64,000 bases of DNA, taken from the IMG/VR virus record IMGVR_UViG_3300021400_001623, positions 16,433-80,432 of that record; one strand, 5' to 3'. The DNA comes from a virus (lineage: Duplodnaviria; Caudoviricetes). Shown one piece after another: positions 21,430-31,249 of the stretch; positions within the stretch are counted from its first letter, which is position 1, and the number at the start of each line of letters is the position of its first letter. The notes beneath the pieces were generated by a model. It made no database searches. It saw only the letters and a program-made list of their open reading frames with translations, and was not told the DNA's origin. Made by a program: the position numbers and the translations under genes.

Positions 21430-21856
21430 AAAGTTTTAAATATGCCCTCTTACGGTGTAAACCGTAGGATGTGGGCGGCTTAATATCGGCCGCCTAAGAG
21501 AACTCTCAAATTGCTGGAAAAAGCTAAAGCTCGCGAGCCAAAGCGGAGTTGGAAACGACAAACGTAATGGCGTGGAAACACGAAAAAATCGCGAGATGGT
21601 ATATGCTGAGAAAAAAGCGTATTCTATTTCCTCCAATAGTACTTATATTTTGATACTATTGGAGGGAATAAAGTATCGTGCTAAGTACCATTCAACAATG
21701 CTTAATCAGCAGCCAAGTCCCCTACCCCATCGGGTTCGCGGAAAGGTTCAACGACTGTAAGGGAGTTACCAGCTGGTCACTGGTTAATAGACAGTCTGAC
21801 CTATAGCGAAAGCTATAGAGGGTAGTTAAATGCTACCCCGCCATAATTGAGTATAT

Positions 21857-21897
21857 AAAAAAGGAAGGCGTTGCACGGGAGGTTCCGATCAACGCCT
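21857..21897 (-). terminator. Terminator of the intron-nested antisense gene
   Basis: On - strand aggcgttg...caacgcct then tccTTTTTT. Confidence 0.75.
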
Positions 21898-21963
21898 AAT
21901 ATATTGTTCATGAAAACAATTCATGATGTGGATATTATACAGCATAAAGATTACAAAAGCAAA

Positions 21964-22509
21964 TTACTTGCCGGGCTCCCATTGGTGACCGCAGTTTTGG
22001 CAGACGTTGAGGACTTTATTCGCCCCTACTGCTCCAGCCAAAGCACCTTCGGGACCAGCAGCAATTACGCCAGCGACAGCTTTGCCTACACCAAAACCTT
22101 GTTTCACTGTGGATATGGATTGAGAGCCACATTTGGGGCAAGAGACTATACCTTGTTGCTTATTCATATATGATTGAACTGCAGTTGAACCAGGGTTTGG
22201 TTCCATGCCGCATGCGCGACGAGCAATGCGTTTTTCATCTTCATATTTCGCAGGAATAAGCTTGGTATTGTTTGGATTTTCGACATATTGTTCCCAAACA
22301 GCTTTATACATGTCATAAGTTAGAGCTCTAATGGTATCTGGTCGTCTTCCATGAATTTTATATGAATCTAATTCTTCATATGTGATTGTTGTTGGCAATA
22401 ATTTAGGCCCTATAATTGGTGTACTTTTACAAATACAATGTTTTTGTTGCATGTAGTCACTGCGATCTACAACGCGCCCACAGTATGGGCAATAATACAA
22501 ATATCCCAT
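21964..22509 (-). CDS. Zinc-ribbon protein with glycine-rich hydrophobic hairpin, nested antisense in intron 3
   Basis: SD GGAGG 8 nt before ATG 22509; CPYC, CPKC-(GFGVGKAVAGVIAAGPEGALAGAVG)-CQNC. Confidence 0.8.
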   Translation of the reverse strand: MGYLYYCPYCGRVVDRSDYMQQKHCICKSTPIIGPKLLPTTITYEELDSYKIHGRRPDTIRALTYDMYKAVWEQYVENPNNTKLIPAKYEDEKRIARRACGMEPNPGSTAVQSYMNKQQGIVSCPKCGSQSISTVKQGFGVGKAVAGVIAAGPEGALAGAVGANKVLNVCQNCGHQWEPGK

Positions 22510-22530
22510 TTTATATACCTCCATATATAT

Positions 22531-22539
22531 ATTATATCA
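22531..22539 (-). promoter_or_regulatory. Extended -10 sigmaA promoter of the antisense gene
   Basis: TGATATAAT on - strand about 10 nt upstream of the SD; no consensus -35. Confidence 0.6.
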
Positions 22540-22577
22540 TATGGTATTTGAGTTATGGTTATTAAAGTAACAGTGTG

Positions 22578-25500
22578 TTATTTCAAACTGTAGAACAGAT
22601 TAATGCAAAAACCGGAGATTCAAGGCAAGTATCTCAAAACTTTATTTCTGCTAGAAAAACAAAGGCAGCAACAAATGCATATTATTCAGACAAGAATAAT
22701 CAATATGCTTTGCAAGATATGTCTCGTGCTAGACGAGATATGGAGCATGCGGAACGTCTAAGGGCTAGAGGTAATGCGGCTGGTGCAGCTGAAATTGAAG
22801 CTAAAGCCATTAAGGATTTAGATACTGCTTATCAAAAATTAGATGATACTGGTAAAAAATATGGTAATCAGATAAAGGATCGTAATACAGATTTATCAAA
22901 GCATCAAAAAATTATAGCAGACTGCAGTGAAGCAACTGATAGAATGGCGCAATCTCAGGGCAAATTAAGGAGTGGATTTGCAGCATCTACTATCTCAATG
23001 GCTAAAAATATTGGCGCAACAATGGCTATTGGGACTGCTATTGACCTAACTATGAAGGGTTTTGATACGCTTGATAAACATTTCCTTCTTACTGCCAATG
23101 CACAGAAAACTGCAATGAAAGATGTTGTAAGTGAGTATAAGGCCAGTACTGATACTTACACAGAAAATATAAACACAATTAATTCATTATCTGATGAATT
23201 TACAACTCTTTCTAAAGGCGTTGATGCGCATGGTAAAAATATTAGCCTTACAGCCGAACAATATGCTCGGTACAATGAGATTGTCAGCCAACTCGTTGCT
23301 ACTTCGCCACAATTAGTTAAGGAGTATACTGCGGAGGGCAATGCTGTCGTAGATCGCAACAAGGCTATTCAAGAGGCTATTGATCTGCAAGAGTCTTATC
23401 GTCGCAGCGCTGTTGCAAAATATACTTCTGATGATAGCATGCGAGCAATTCGTCTTGGATCTGCTGCAGAACGTCGTGAGATTCAGGCTGACATGCAATC
23501 CGCGGCAACTGAGCTCGATAAGCTTATGGGCGAAGGGACTGGTCAACGACGCACCACTTCTGCTTTTGGCTTAACTAAAGCTGGCGCTTCTACAGAAATT
23601 AAAGCAGTTAAGGAAATTAACGATGTTTTAGGTGAAAATGTTGATTTAGAAAATGCTTCTGCGGCTACGTTATTGCGTATCGCTGAGCGTCGCGATGAGA
23701 TAATCGGGAAAGTGGAAAAATCAACACAATATACCGATAAAGAAAAGCAATCTATTAAAGATTCCTTGTCGACCATTTCAACTTTAGCTCCGGATTTAGA
23801 GGCAACATATCAAAGCACTATAGACGCATTACAGACATATGTGTCTAGTGCAGATGAAACAGGCGTTTCTATCGCATCCTCTTTGCCAGAAAGTATGCAG
23901 GAAAGTTATGCTGCTGGTTTAAAGAAAATAGCGATGTCTGGTCTTGGAGATGCAGAAATGAAAACTGCTGCCAAGGATTTGGTGACGGATTTACAAAAAA
24001 TCTATTCATCAAATGAAGGCGGCTTTAGAGATGCTGAACAAAACGTTGAGAATGCAAAAGAAAAATTCCTTGGTAGCGCAAGAGATAAAAATGCGGTTAA
24101 GGAATATAATGATAGTATTAAAGAATCTATAGGTACAATTGATCAGTTAGCGGAAAGCTATCGAGCTGCTGGCAATGATTTTCTTGCTGATGCATTAGAT
24201 GCGCGTTCATTAGAACTTGCTGATTTTGGGCAAGAAAACATCCTCACCCTTGCAGACGCCTTCAACCCCCTCATCGACAAAATAACAGAAGCGCGTACCG
24301 TCAAAGAAAAATTTGACGCAGCGATGGCTGGCGGTGACTATGATACCACCGTTAATAGCTATAAAGAAATGTACGACTCCATGATGGATGGTTACAACAA
24401 TGCTGGTAACGGTACACAAGGTTTCTGGAATTTTGCTGAGCTGACTCTTGGACAAACAGCGCTTAAAGATTTTGGCTATGACATAGATGCTGTTAATGCG
24501 CGACTCAAAGAGCTTGCTCCTGTCATGGAGAAAACTGAATCTGGAACAAATGCCTTCTTCGATCTTCTTGCGGCTAATCGCGATAAACTTAATGAGATCG
24601 AAGGCGTAACGATTGCGGAAGATGGATCGTGGGATATTCCAGCTGAAAAGTATGGTGAAGTTGCACGACAGCTTGGTATTGCCGAAGACCTTTTAGTTGG
24701 TTGTGTTGATAACGCTCGCCACTGGGCGGACGTTAAGCTTTGGGATAGTCCTCAGAAAGCTGTTAAAGCCATCAAAGATATGGATACCACCTTCGAAAGT
24801 GCCGAAGGCAAAGCTTATGCATTTTACGATACCGTGGCGCAGCAGGCGCAACAAGCTGGTTTAAGTGGACAAGAGTTTACCGAATATATGGACGAAATCG
24901 GTAAAAAGGTTGAACTTATTGATCTTAGCGCTCTTGATTTTGATCCAAATACCACAGAGGGCACTAAAAAGATCAACGCATTAGCTAATCAACTCACAAA
25001 TATGAGTGATTTGGTCGGCACCAATGGCAAGCTCGATTTAACAGGCACCATAGCTATGTTTAAGCAGATGGGTGCAACTGCCGATCAAACAACGCACGCC
25101 CTTGAAAAATTCCGTGAGAACGGTAATTTAGATATTGGCGAAGGTGTTGATATCGGTGATACGGTTACCCAGGCATATGGAGAGTTAGAGGCTAACGATC
25201 CATTCGCTAAAATGACAAGTTCAGTTGATGGCTTACATAATGCTATTAACCAGTTGATTTCGGCCATGGGGATGGTGCCTGAAGACTGGATGAATTTAGA
25301 TGGTATTAACCAGCAAATTAAAGGTCTAGAAGCTGCTGGCGACAAAATCAAACAATCAGATATTGATGCTGCCCAAGCAGAAATTGATGAGAAAAGAGCT
25401 AACTTGGAAGCTGCAAGGTCATCAACGACAGACACTGATGAACTTACTAAGATTAATAATACAATTGCAGCCCTAAATCAACAGCAAATTGCTTTAGATC

Positions 25501-28500
25501 AATTACGTGCACCATTAGAAGGATACACGAATTTACTGCAACATGCTGCGGAGACCGGAGATCAAATAGGTTCTGACGGTCAGTTAGATCAAACACTTCG
25601 AGATATTGGTGAAGCAGCACAAAAGAGCGGCCAAGATGTTGATCAATATATTGGTTCGATTGCGAAAAATCGGCAAGAAGCTGACAAACTTCGTCAGGCA
25701 TATCATCAACTTGAATCTCAAACAGCTGTAACTGATGCCACTTCTTCTGTTGCTAATGGAGCCAAACAAGCAGTTGATTCTGCGAAAACTGCTGTACAAG
25801 GTTTAATGTCTGGCTTTGGACGTACTGAAGCCGACGTAGATGTCAATGTTGATGACTCTGAAGTTGATGACGCCGAGGAAAAAGTTGATGATCTTGATGG
25901 CAAAGATGTCGATGTTAATGTTGAGGCTAGTGCAAGAGGACTTGATAGCACCTTGAAGCAGATTGATGGGCTTAGTGATGAAGATCGTAAGACTGTTGTG
26001 GATGCTTATGTTAAGGTACATCAAGAAGGTGAAGACCCTCAAGTTTTACAAGATGCTATTAATGCGTTGCCGGACAATAAACAGACTATTGTCGGTGTTA
26101 CGGTTAATGATGCTTCCGCTAGTTTAGAGGCAGTGCAAAGTGGATTGGATAATGTTGAAGCAACTACTCCGTCTCCGACAATTGCTGCAACAGATAATGC
26201 GACAAGCGTTATTAATAGCGTACTAGGTGCTTTGGCTGCTGCTAACGGACGAACAGCAACTACCACAATTACTACTCGTCATGTCACTAGTTATGAAACT
26301 ACAGGGACTCCTCCTAGTAAATACGCTGGAACTCCGAATCGTCGCGTCCCCTCTTTATACTCTGGTTCTGATAATCGTCGCCGTGCTGGTTCAGCAGCTA
26401 AGGGCGGTAAACTTGGCCCTCACGGTAAAGGTGGCCTTACCCTCACTGGAGAACTCGGCCCAGAATTAGTCTGGCTGCCGGATGAAGATACTTCATTCCT
26501 TACTGGTGTTCGTGGACCAGAAATGCGGGTACTTCCTGGCAATGCGGTTGTCTGGCCTTATGAAGAGACCAAACGCATCTTTGGCGGAACGGTATCTGCC
26601 GGGTATTTAAATACGCGGAATGCTTGGTCTAAGAAGCAGCTTAATAATTATTTAGGCGGTTCTTCTGCTCGTGGCGCAAATTATCAATTTGGATCGGCTA
26701 AAAAGGGCAGCAAGAAGAAAAAATCTTGGAGCGACTATTCGGATAGAATAGATTTTAACTATGATATCGAGAAAATTAGCGAAGAAACGTATTATAAGCA
26801 GTTAGTTAAAAAATATAAAAAAGTAAAAAAGAAATTAACTGGATCAGAGAGACGTAACGCCAGAAAAGCTATTCACGATGCTTATGCTCAGATGCTTGAT
26901 GCAAAAGTTGAGAATTTGGACTTTGCACAAGATATGGATAACATCGATGCCGCACAATATTATACAAAATTGGCGGCATTAGCTTCTAAATATAAAAGAA
27001 AAAGTAAAAGAGACGGTAAATATACCAAAGAATATCGTGATTATCAGCTTAAACTTAAAGAAGCTGCCGATGCAATCTATGAGCGTGAAAAGTCTCAAAT
27101 TGACTTTATGCTCAATCTCGGGGTTAATAAATCTGGTACGAAAACCTATAACGCCGTCGATGCATATAAAGATCTGCAAAATTATTTAAGAAAAGCAATT
27201 TCCGGTAAAGTAACTTCCAATACAAGTACAAAAACTTTAACTAGCGCAAGCTATGCAAAGAAATTCTTATATACCGGGACATCTAACCGTCGTCAGCCAA
27301 TTCGCTCGATGGCACGCGGTAGTGGTAGAATTGGTCCTGCTGGTCGTGGCGGATTAACATTAACTGGTGAATTAGGTCCTGAATTAGTATGGCTTCCGGA
27401 TGATAATTTGTCGTTCGTAGTTGGGCTTTATGGGCCAGAAATGGTGGATTTACCAAGTAATGCAGTTGTGTGGCCTAACGATGAAACACAAGCTATTTTT
27501 GGTGACACTGTTAATTCTAGTTATCTTGAGCCAACAGATGCACTTACTTATGAAGAGTTGGAATACTTAGAATCATTATTATCTGGATCAGTTGCCAATG
27601 GCGCTAATCTTTTTGGTTCTTTGTCTACTGGTAAACGTAAAAAGACAACAACTAAAACAACTAAAACAACTAAACGACCAGCGAAGTCAACTAAAAAGCC
27701 AAAGAAAAAGAAGAAGAAAACTAAGAAGAAAAAAACTAAGAAGAAAAATAAAGCTAAAACTGGAATCATTAGCTCGATTAAAACATCGTCAAAACTTATA
27801 TCTGGTGTTAATAAGGGAAAATCATCTAGTTCAAAGAGTAATACAGACAATACTTGGAATGCTATGTCCGAGGAAGAGCGTCAGCAATTACTCGAAGATC
27901 TTAAAGAGGCGCGACAAGACGCATATGATTATCAAAATGATACTTTTGAGCGTATTCTTAACAATTCATTCTCAGATGATTGGAACGCATTGAATAAATA
28001 TTTAGTCGATGCACAGAAGAATTTAAAGACACTAAACGAGCTACAGGATTCAGATAAAATCATTGAAGCACGTCAACAAATTGTTGATACTTTCTTTGAT
28101 AATTTAAATGAAAAGTTTGATGATGTTAAAGAAAAGATTTCTGACAATGATCTGTTTAATTCTTGGGGCGATGGCGAATCTGCGCTTACTTTATTAATGC
28201 AATATAAGGCGCAATTAGAAACTATTTACGCCGCAAATAAAGATGCACTAGGAAAAGATACTGATGCAGCAAAACAATATTTGAAACTCATCAAGGAAGT
28301 GAATCGTGAATTAGTTAACGCTAAAGCGGAGGCTAAAGATAAGTACGATGATATTTTCCAATTAGTTGAACAGTTAGTTCGTCAGGAAAAGAAAGATCTT
28401 ATTGATGCCTTAGAAAAGCAGAAGGATAAGTATGATGACATCATTGCTAAGAAAAAAGAGAGTTTACAGTTAACTGAAAATGAGCTTGATTATCAAGATC

Positions 28501-30314
28501 AGTTATCTGATTATGCAAAGCAAGAGGCTAAACTTCGTACGCAAATAGCATCTCTTTCGCGCGATACGAGCCGCGAGGCCAAGGCGAAGCGCGCCGAGCT
28601 TCAAGAACAGCTTGATCAGTTATTGGTCGAGAAGAACCGTACTGTGCGGCAGGAAACTATCTCTCGTACGAATGATGCGCTTGACAAACAGCAAGAATCT
28701 TATGGTGATTTTATTGATAAATTAACGGAATCAATAAATGCTGTTTTAGATAATCAGGAAGCTGTAAATGCACTTGTATATGATGCATTGGATAATCGCG
28801 ATACGAATAATTTATTACAAAGATTATATGATTATAACGCTGAATATGGTGACGGTTTAATCCAAACGGTTGAAGAGTGGCAGATGGATCTGAATGATAT
28901 CGTTGAGAACGAAATTTATAAGGAACTGAAATATCAAACAGAAGCATTGCGTGCAAGCCTAATTAATGAAGTTGGCTATGGCGATGATGAACACAAGGGC
29001 AAGTTTACCGACGACGTTACTTCCTGGAATAATGAGACTATTAGTAGGTTCTTATATTCGTTCGATCAGCTGTCTGATAAGTATTTCGATGAAGCGAAGT
29101 TGTTAGACACTATTATTGAGAAGTACGAAGAATTAATTAAAAAGTTTGACGCGCTATGGTTTGGTGATTCTTCTGGCCAAGTTGATGCGACATCTAAGAT
29201 TCGTATGGCAAATGCTTATAAAGCTCAGGTTGAAAGTGCTGAAGCAACTGTGCAAACTGCAGCTGGACAGGCTGATGATGCATTAATTGCTGCTAATACT
29301 GCTAAAGCGCAGGCTGAGGCAGCAAAGTCGGAAGCCGACGCAAAGAAGGCGGAGGCAGATGTCGCAAATGCAAATTTAGATGCAGCAAAACAAAAAGTAG
29401 CAAATGCACAAAAACAACTTCAAAGCGATAAAGCGGCATATAGTAATGCGGAAAAGAACGTTGTTAATGCTAATAAAGCTTTAGATAGTGCACTTAATGC
29501 AAGGGATAAGGCCGCAAGTAAAGTGGCAAAGATGCAGAACGCTTTGGAGACGGCTAAGGCAAAAAGTTATAAGAGTAAAGAAGCGCGAAGTAAAGCTATT
29601 GCTAAGGCAAAAGACAATCTTGCCGCTGCAAAATCAGCTTATACAACAGCTAATAAAAATGTAACAACTGCAAATGATAATGTAAAAAAGCAGCATCAAA
29701 ATCTCGTAGAAATTGATAAGAAAATCGGTAACGACATTAAATCAATTGAAAGTGCACAGGCTGCAGCCGCAATTGCTGAAAAAGAAGCTGCAGCTGCTAC
29801 GCAAGTATGGGAATCTTTCTTAGCGGCGCAACGTGAGGCCGAAGTGAACGCAAAGTTAGCCATGTACCAATATGATGCTATGGCTCAAAATCTTGCTAAT
29901 GCGACACAGGAGCTTGAGATAGCTAGGGAGCGCTTTGAATCAGCTAATACTGCGTTATTGAACGCAATGGATAATGACGTTATTGTTCCATCATACAATA
30001 TTTTAAGTGATGCGGCGCAATCACTTGATGGTGTATTATCGACTTTTGCAAATACTAATCTAGTTTCTGATGAAATTATGGCTGGGATTGCATCGTTGGG
30101 TGCAAGTGTAAATACTACGAATCAAGCTAATAATTCACCACAAACTTATTCGTTTAATATGCCATTCACAGTTACTGTAAATGGTAATATGTCTCAAGCA
30201 GATCAGGCTAAATTACAGTCTGACTTATCCAATGCCGTTTATAATGGTTTGTATAATGCATTACAGATGAATGGATTAGCAACTTCTACATCTGCGAATG
30301 CCTTAAAGAATTAA
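22578..30314 (+). CDS. Tape measure protein exon 4
   Basis: Long helical ORF with no SD before its GTG; joins exon 3 in phase 0 (SG-LFQ); spliced CDS 11283 nt = 3760 aa. Confidence 0.85.
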   Translation, partial: LFQTVEQINAKTGDSRQVSQNFISARKTKAATNAYYSDKNNQYALQDMSRARRDMEHAERLRARGNAAGAAEIEAKAIKDLDTAYQKLDDTGKKYGNQIKDRNTDLSKHQKIIADCSEATDRMAQSQGKLRSGFAASTISMAKNIGATMAIGTAIDLTMKGFDTLDKHFLLTANAQKTAMKDVVSEYKASTDTYTENINTINSLSDEFTTLSKGVDAHGKNISLTAEQYARYNEIVSQLVATSPQLVKEYTAEGNAVVDRNKAIQEAIDLQESYRRSAVAKYTSDDSMRAIRLGSAAERREIQADMQSAATELDKLMGEGTGQRRTTSAFGLTKAGASTEIKAVKEINDVLGENVDLENASAATLLRIAERRDEIIGKVEKSTQYTDKEKQSIKDSLSTISTLAPDLEATYQSTIDALQTYVSSADETGVSIASSLPESMQESYAAGLKKIAMSGLGDAEMKTAAKDLVTDLQKIYSSNEGGFRDAEQNVENAKEKFLGSARDKNAVKEYNDSIKESIGTIDQLAESYRAAGNDFLADALDARSLELADFGQENILTLADAFNPLIDKITEARTVKEKFDAAMAGGDYDTTVNSYKEMYDSMMDGYNNAGNGTQGFWNFAELTLGQTALKDFGYDIDAVNARLKELAPVMEKTESGTNAFFDLLAANRDKLNEIEGVTIAEDGSWDIPAEKYGEVARQLGIAEDLLVGCVDNARHWADVKLWDSPQKAVKAIKDMDTTFESAEGKAYAFYDTVAQQAQQAGLSGQEFTEYMDEIGKKVELIDLSALDFDPNTTEGTKKINALANQLTNMSDLVGTNGKLDLTGTIAMFKQMGATADQTTHALEKFRENGNLDIGEGVDIGDTVTQAYGELEANDPFAKMTSSVDGLHNAINQLISAMGMVPEDWMNLDGINQQIKGLEAAGDKIKQSDIDAAQAEIDEKRANLEAARSSTTDTDELTKINNTIAALNQQQIALDQLRAPLEGYTNLLQHAAETGDQIGSDGQLDQTLRDIGEAAQKSGQDVDQYIGSIAKNRQEADKLRQAYHQLESQTAVTDATSSVANGAKQAVDSAKTAVQGLMSGFGRTEADVDVNVDDSEVDDAEEKVDDLDGKDVDVNVEASARGLDSTLKQIDGLSDEDRKTVVDAYVKVHQEGEDPQVLQDAINALPDNKQTIVGVTVNDASASLEAVQSGLDNVEATTPSPTIAATDNATSVINSVLGALAAANGRTATTTITTRHVTSYETTGTPPSKYAGTPNRRVPSLYSGSDNRRRAGSAAKGGKLGPHGKGGLTLTGELGPELVWLPDEDTSFLTGVRGPEMRVLPGNAVVWPYEETKRIFGGTVSAGYLNTRNAWSKKQLNNYLGGSSARGANYQFGSAKKGSKKKKSWSDYSDRIDFNYDIEKISEETYYKQLVKKYKKVKKKLTGSERRNARKAIHDAYAQMLDAKVENLDFAQDMDNIDAAQYYTKLAALASKYKRKSKRDGKYTKEYRDYQLKLKEAADAIYEREKSQIDFMLNLGVNKSGTKTYNAVDAYKDLQNYLRKAISGKVTSNTSTKTLTSASYAKKFLYTGTSNRRQPIRSMARGSGRIGPAGRGGLTLTGELGPELVWLPDDNLSFVVGLYGPEMVDLPSNAVVWPNDETQAIFGDTVNSSYLEPTDALTYEELEYLESLLSGSVANGANLFGSLSTGKRKKTTTKTTKTTKRPAKSTKKPKKKKKKTKKKKTKKKNKAKTGIISSIKTSSKLISGVNKGKSSSSKSNTDNTWNAMSEEERQQLLEDLKEARQDAYDYQNDTFERILNNSFSDDWNALNKYLVDAQKNLKTLNELQDSDKIIEARQQIVDTFFDNLNEKFDDVKEKISDNDLFNSWGDGESALTLLMQYKAQLETIYAANKDALGKDTDAAKQYLKLIKEVNRELVNAKAEAKDKYDDIFQLVEQLVRQEKKDLIDALEKQKDKYDDIIAKKKESLQLTENELDYQDQLSDYAKQEAKLRTQIASLSRDTSREAKAKRAELQEQLDQLLVEKNRTVRQETISRTNDALDKQQESYGDFIDKLTESINAVLDNQEAVNALVYDALDNRDTNNLLQRLYDYNAEYGDGLIQTVEEWQMDLNDIVENEIYKELKYQTEALRASLINEVGYGDDEHKGKFTDDVTSWNNETISRFLYSFDQLSDKYFDEAKLLDTIIEKYEELIKKFDALWFGDSSGQVDATSKIRMANAYKAQVESAEATVQTAAGQADDALIAANTAKAQAEAAKSEADAKKAEADVANANLDAAKQKVANAQKQLQSDKAAYSNAEKNVVNANKALDSALNARDKAASKVAKMQNALETAKAKSYKSKEARSKAIAKAKDNLAAAKSAYTTANKNVTTANDNVKKQHQNLVEIDKKIGNDIKSIESAQAAAAIAEKEAAAATQVWESFLAAQREAEVNAKLAMYQYDAMAQNLANATQELEIARERFESANTALLNAMDNDVIVPSYNILSDAAQSLDGVLSTFANTNLVSDEIMAGIASLGASVNTTNQANNSPQTYSFNMPFTVTVNGNMSQADQAKLQSDLSNAVYNGLYNALQMNGLATSTSANALKN

Positions 30315-30327
30315 TATATCTATTAAC

Positions 30328-30364
30328 GGGCGGCCAGTTATTATGGCCGCCCACTTTTATTTTG
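30328..30364 (+). terminator. Intrinsic terminator after TMP
   Basis: gggcggcc/ggccgccc stem then T-rich tract. Confidence 0.7.
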
Positions 30365-30377
30365 GAGAGGAAAATCA

Positions 30378-31247
30378 ATGTTCAAAGAAATAGCTTTTAA
30401 TTTTGACGGGACCTCCTGCGATGAATACGGACTGATGATTTATTTTCTTGACGATACATCTGTCCGCGAGCAGGATTTTGGAACGTCAATAGAGATTATA
30501 GAGGATAGACTCTCTAAGAGAATTGATCCGATTACCTATGGTGTCGATATGAACCAGTCAATGAGTTTTCCTCTTACGTTCGGCAGCCGGACGACTTTAA
30601 CAGAGGACCAAGTTGACGAAGTACTTTCGTGGTTGACCGGACACCAAGACTATAAGTGGTTAGAATTATATGATTATGAATCATATTGTGATCCTGTAAC
30701 TAAACAACCGCTTGATGATCCGCAGCCACAATACAAACAAACGCGGATACGTTATCGCTGTCACATTACAGATGTGACGGTGCAATATATTAGTGGTTTG
30801 CCATTTGCATTTGATGCGACAGTCGAATGCGACGGGCAATGGGGTTACGTATACCCTCCTGCTGTTTTTGAATTTGAAGCATCTTCAGAAGAAGGTGTTG
30901 AGGTTATTAATAATCAAAGTTCATATAACGGATATTTGATGCCTAAAATGCATTTAGAGTTTACTGGGCCAGTTACTCAACTCAGCATTATAAATGCTAC
31001 TGATAATAATCGCGAATTCAAAATCGATGCAACTGATTTAGAAAATGGACTTGAAAACATGGTGGTGGATATTGATCATCAGAACGGGATCATTACTGTT
31101 GCTGATAGTACGGTCAATCTATATCCGTATTTTAATAAGAGATTCCTCCGCCTTGTTAAAGGTGATAATAGATTACAATTTTCAACTGATGACGGCACAT
31201 GCGCGATCACGATGACGTGCGAGTGGCGACGGAAAGTGAGTGATTAA
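30378..31247 (+). CDS. Distal tail protein (Dit-like)
   Basis: 289 aa directly after TMP; C-terminal FLRLVKGDNRLQF motif. Confidence 0.75.
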   Translation: MFKEIAFNFDGTSCDEYGLMIYFLDDTSVREQDFGTSIEIIEDRLSKRIDPITYGVDMNQSMSFPLTFGSRTTLTEDQVDEVLSWLTGHQDYKWLELYDYESYCDPVTKQPLDDPQPQYKQTRIRYRCHITDVTVQYISGLPFAFDATVECDGQWGYVYPPAVFEFEASSEEGVEVINNQSSYNGYLMPKMHLEFTGPVTQLSIINATDNNREFKIDATDLENGLENMVVDIDHQNGIITVADSTVNLYPYFNKRFLRLVKGDNRLQFSTDDGTCAITMTCEWRRKVSD

Positions 31248-31249
31248 AT

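Larger units (their letters stand above)
21430..22577 (+). mobile_element. Group I intron 3 carrying an antisense cargo gene
   Basis: P aattgctggaa 21509, Q aatcagcag 21704, R gttcaacgactg 21746, S aatagacagtct 21786; P1 ggT/Gcc; P10 agttttaaata 21432-21442 pairs 10/11 with tatttcaaact 22579-22589; P9.0 AC/GT; terminal G22577. Confidence 0.85.

Noticed and set aside
21040-22173. ORF-track calls 21040 (N-terminal part), 21436, 21572 and 21871
   Set aside because: They are intron RNA read as codons or the shadow of the - strand gene; no SD
21964-22509. Antisense intron ORF as a homing endonuclease
   Set aside because: No GIY-YIG, HNH, LAGLIDADG or His-Cys box pattern; has a hydrophobic Gly-rich hairpin instead (a remote relationship cannot be excluded without HMM search)
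16471-22577. TMP as a frameshifted pseudogene or assembly artefact
   Set aside because: The breaks coincide with complete group I intron cores, and removing them restores one frame and conserved motifs
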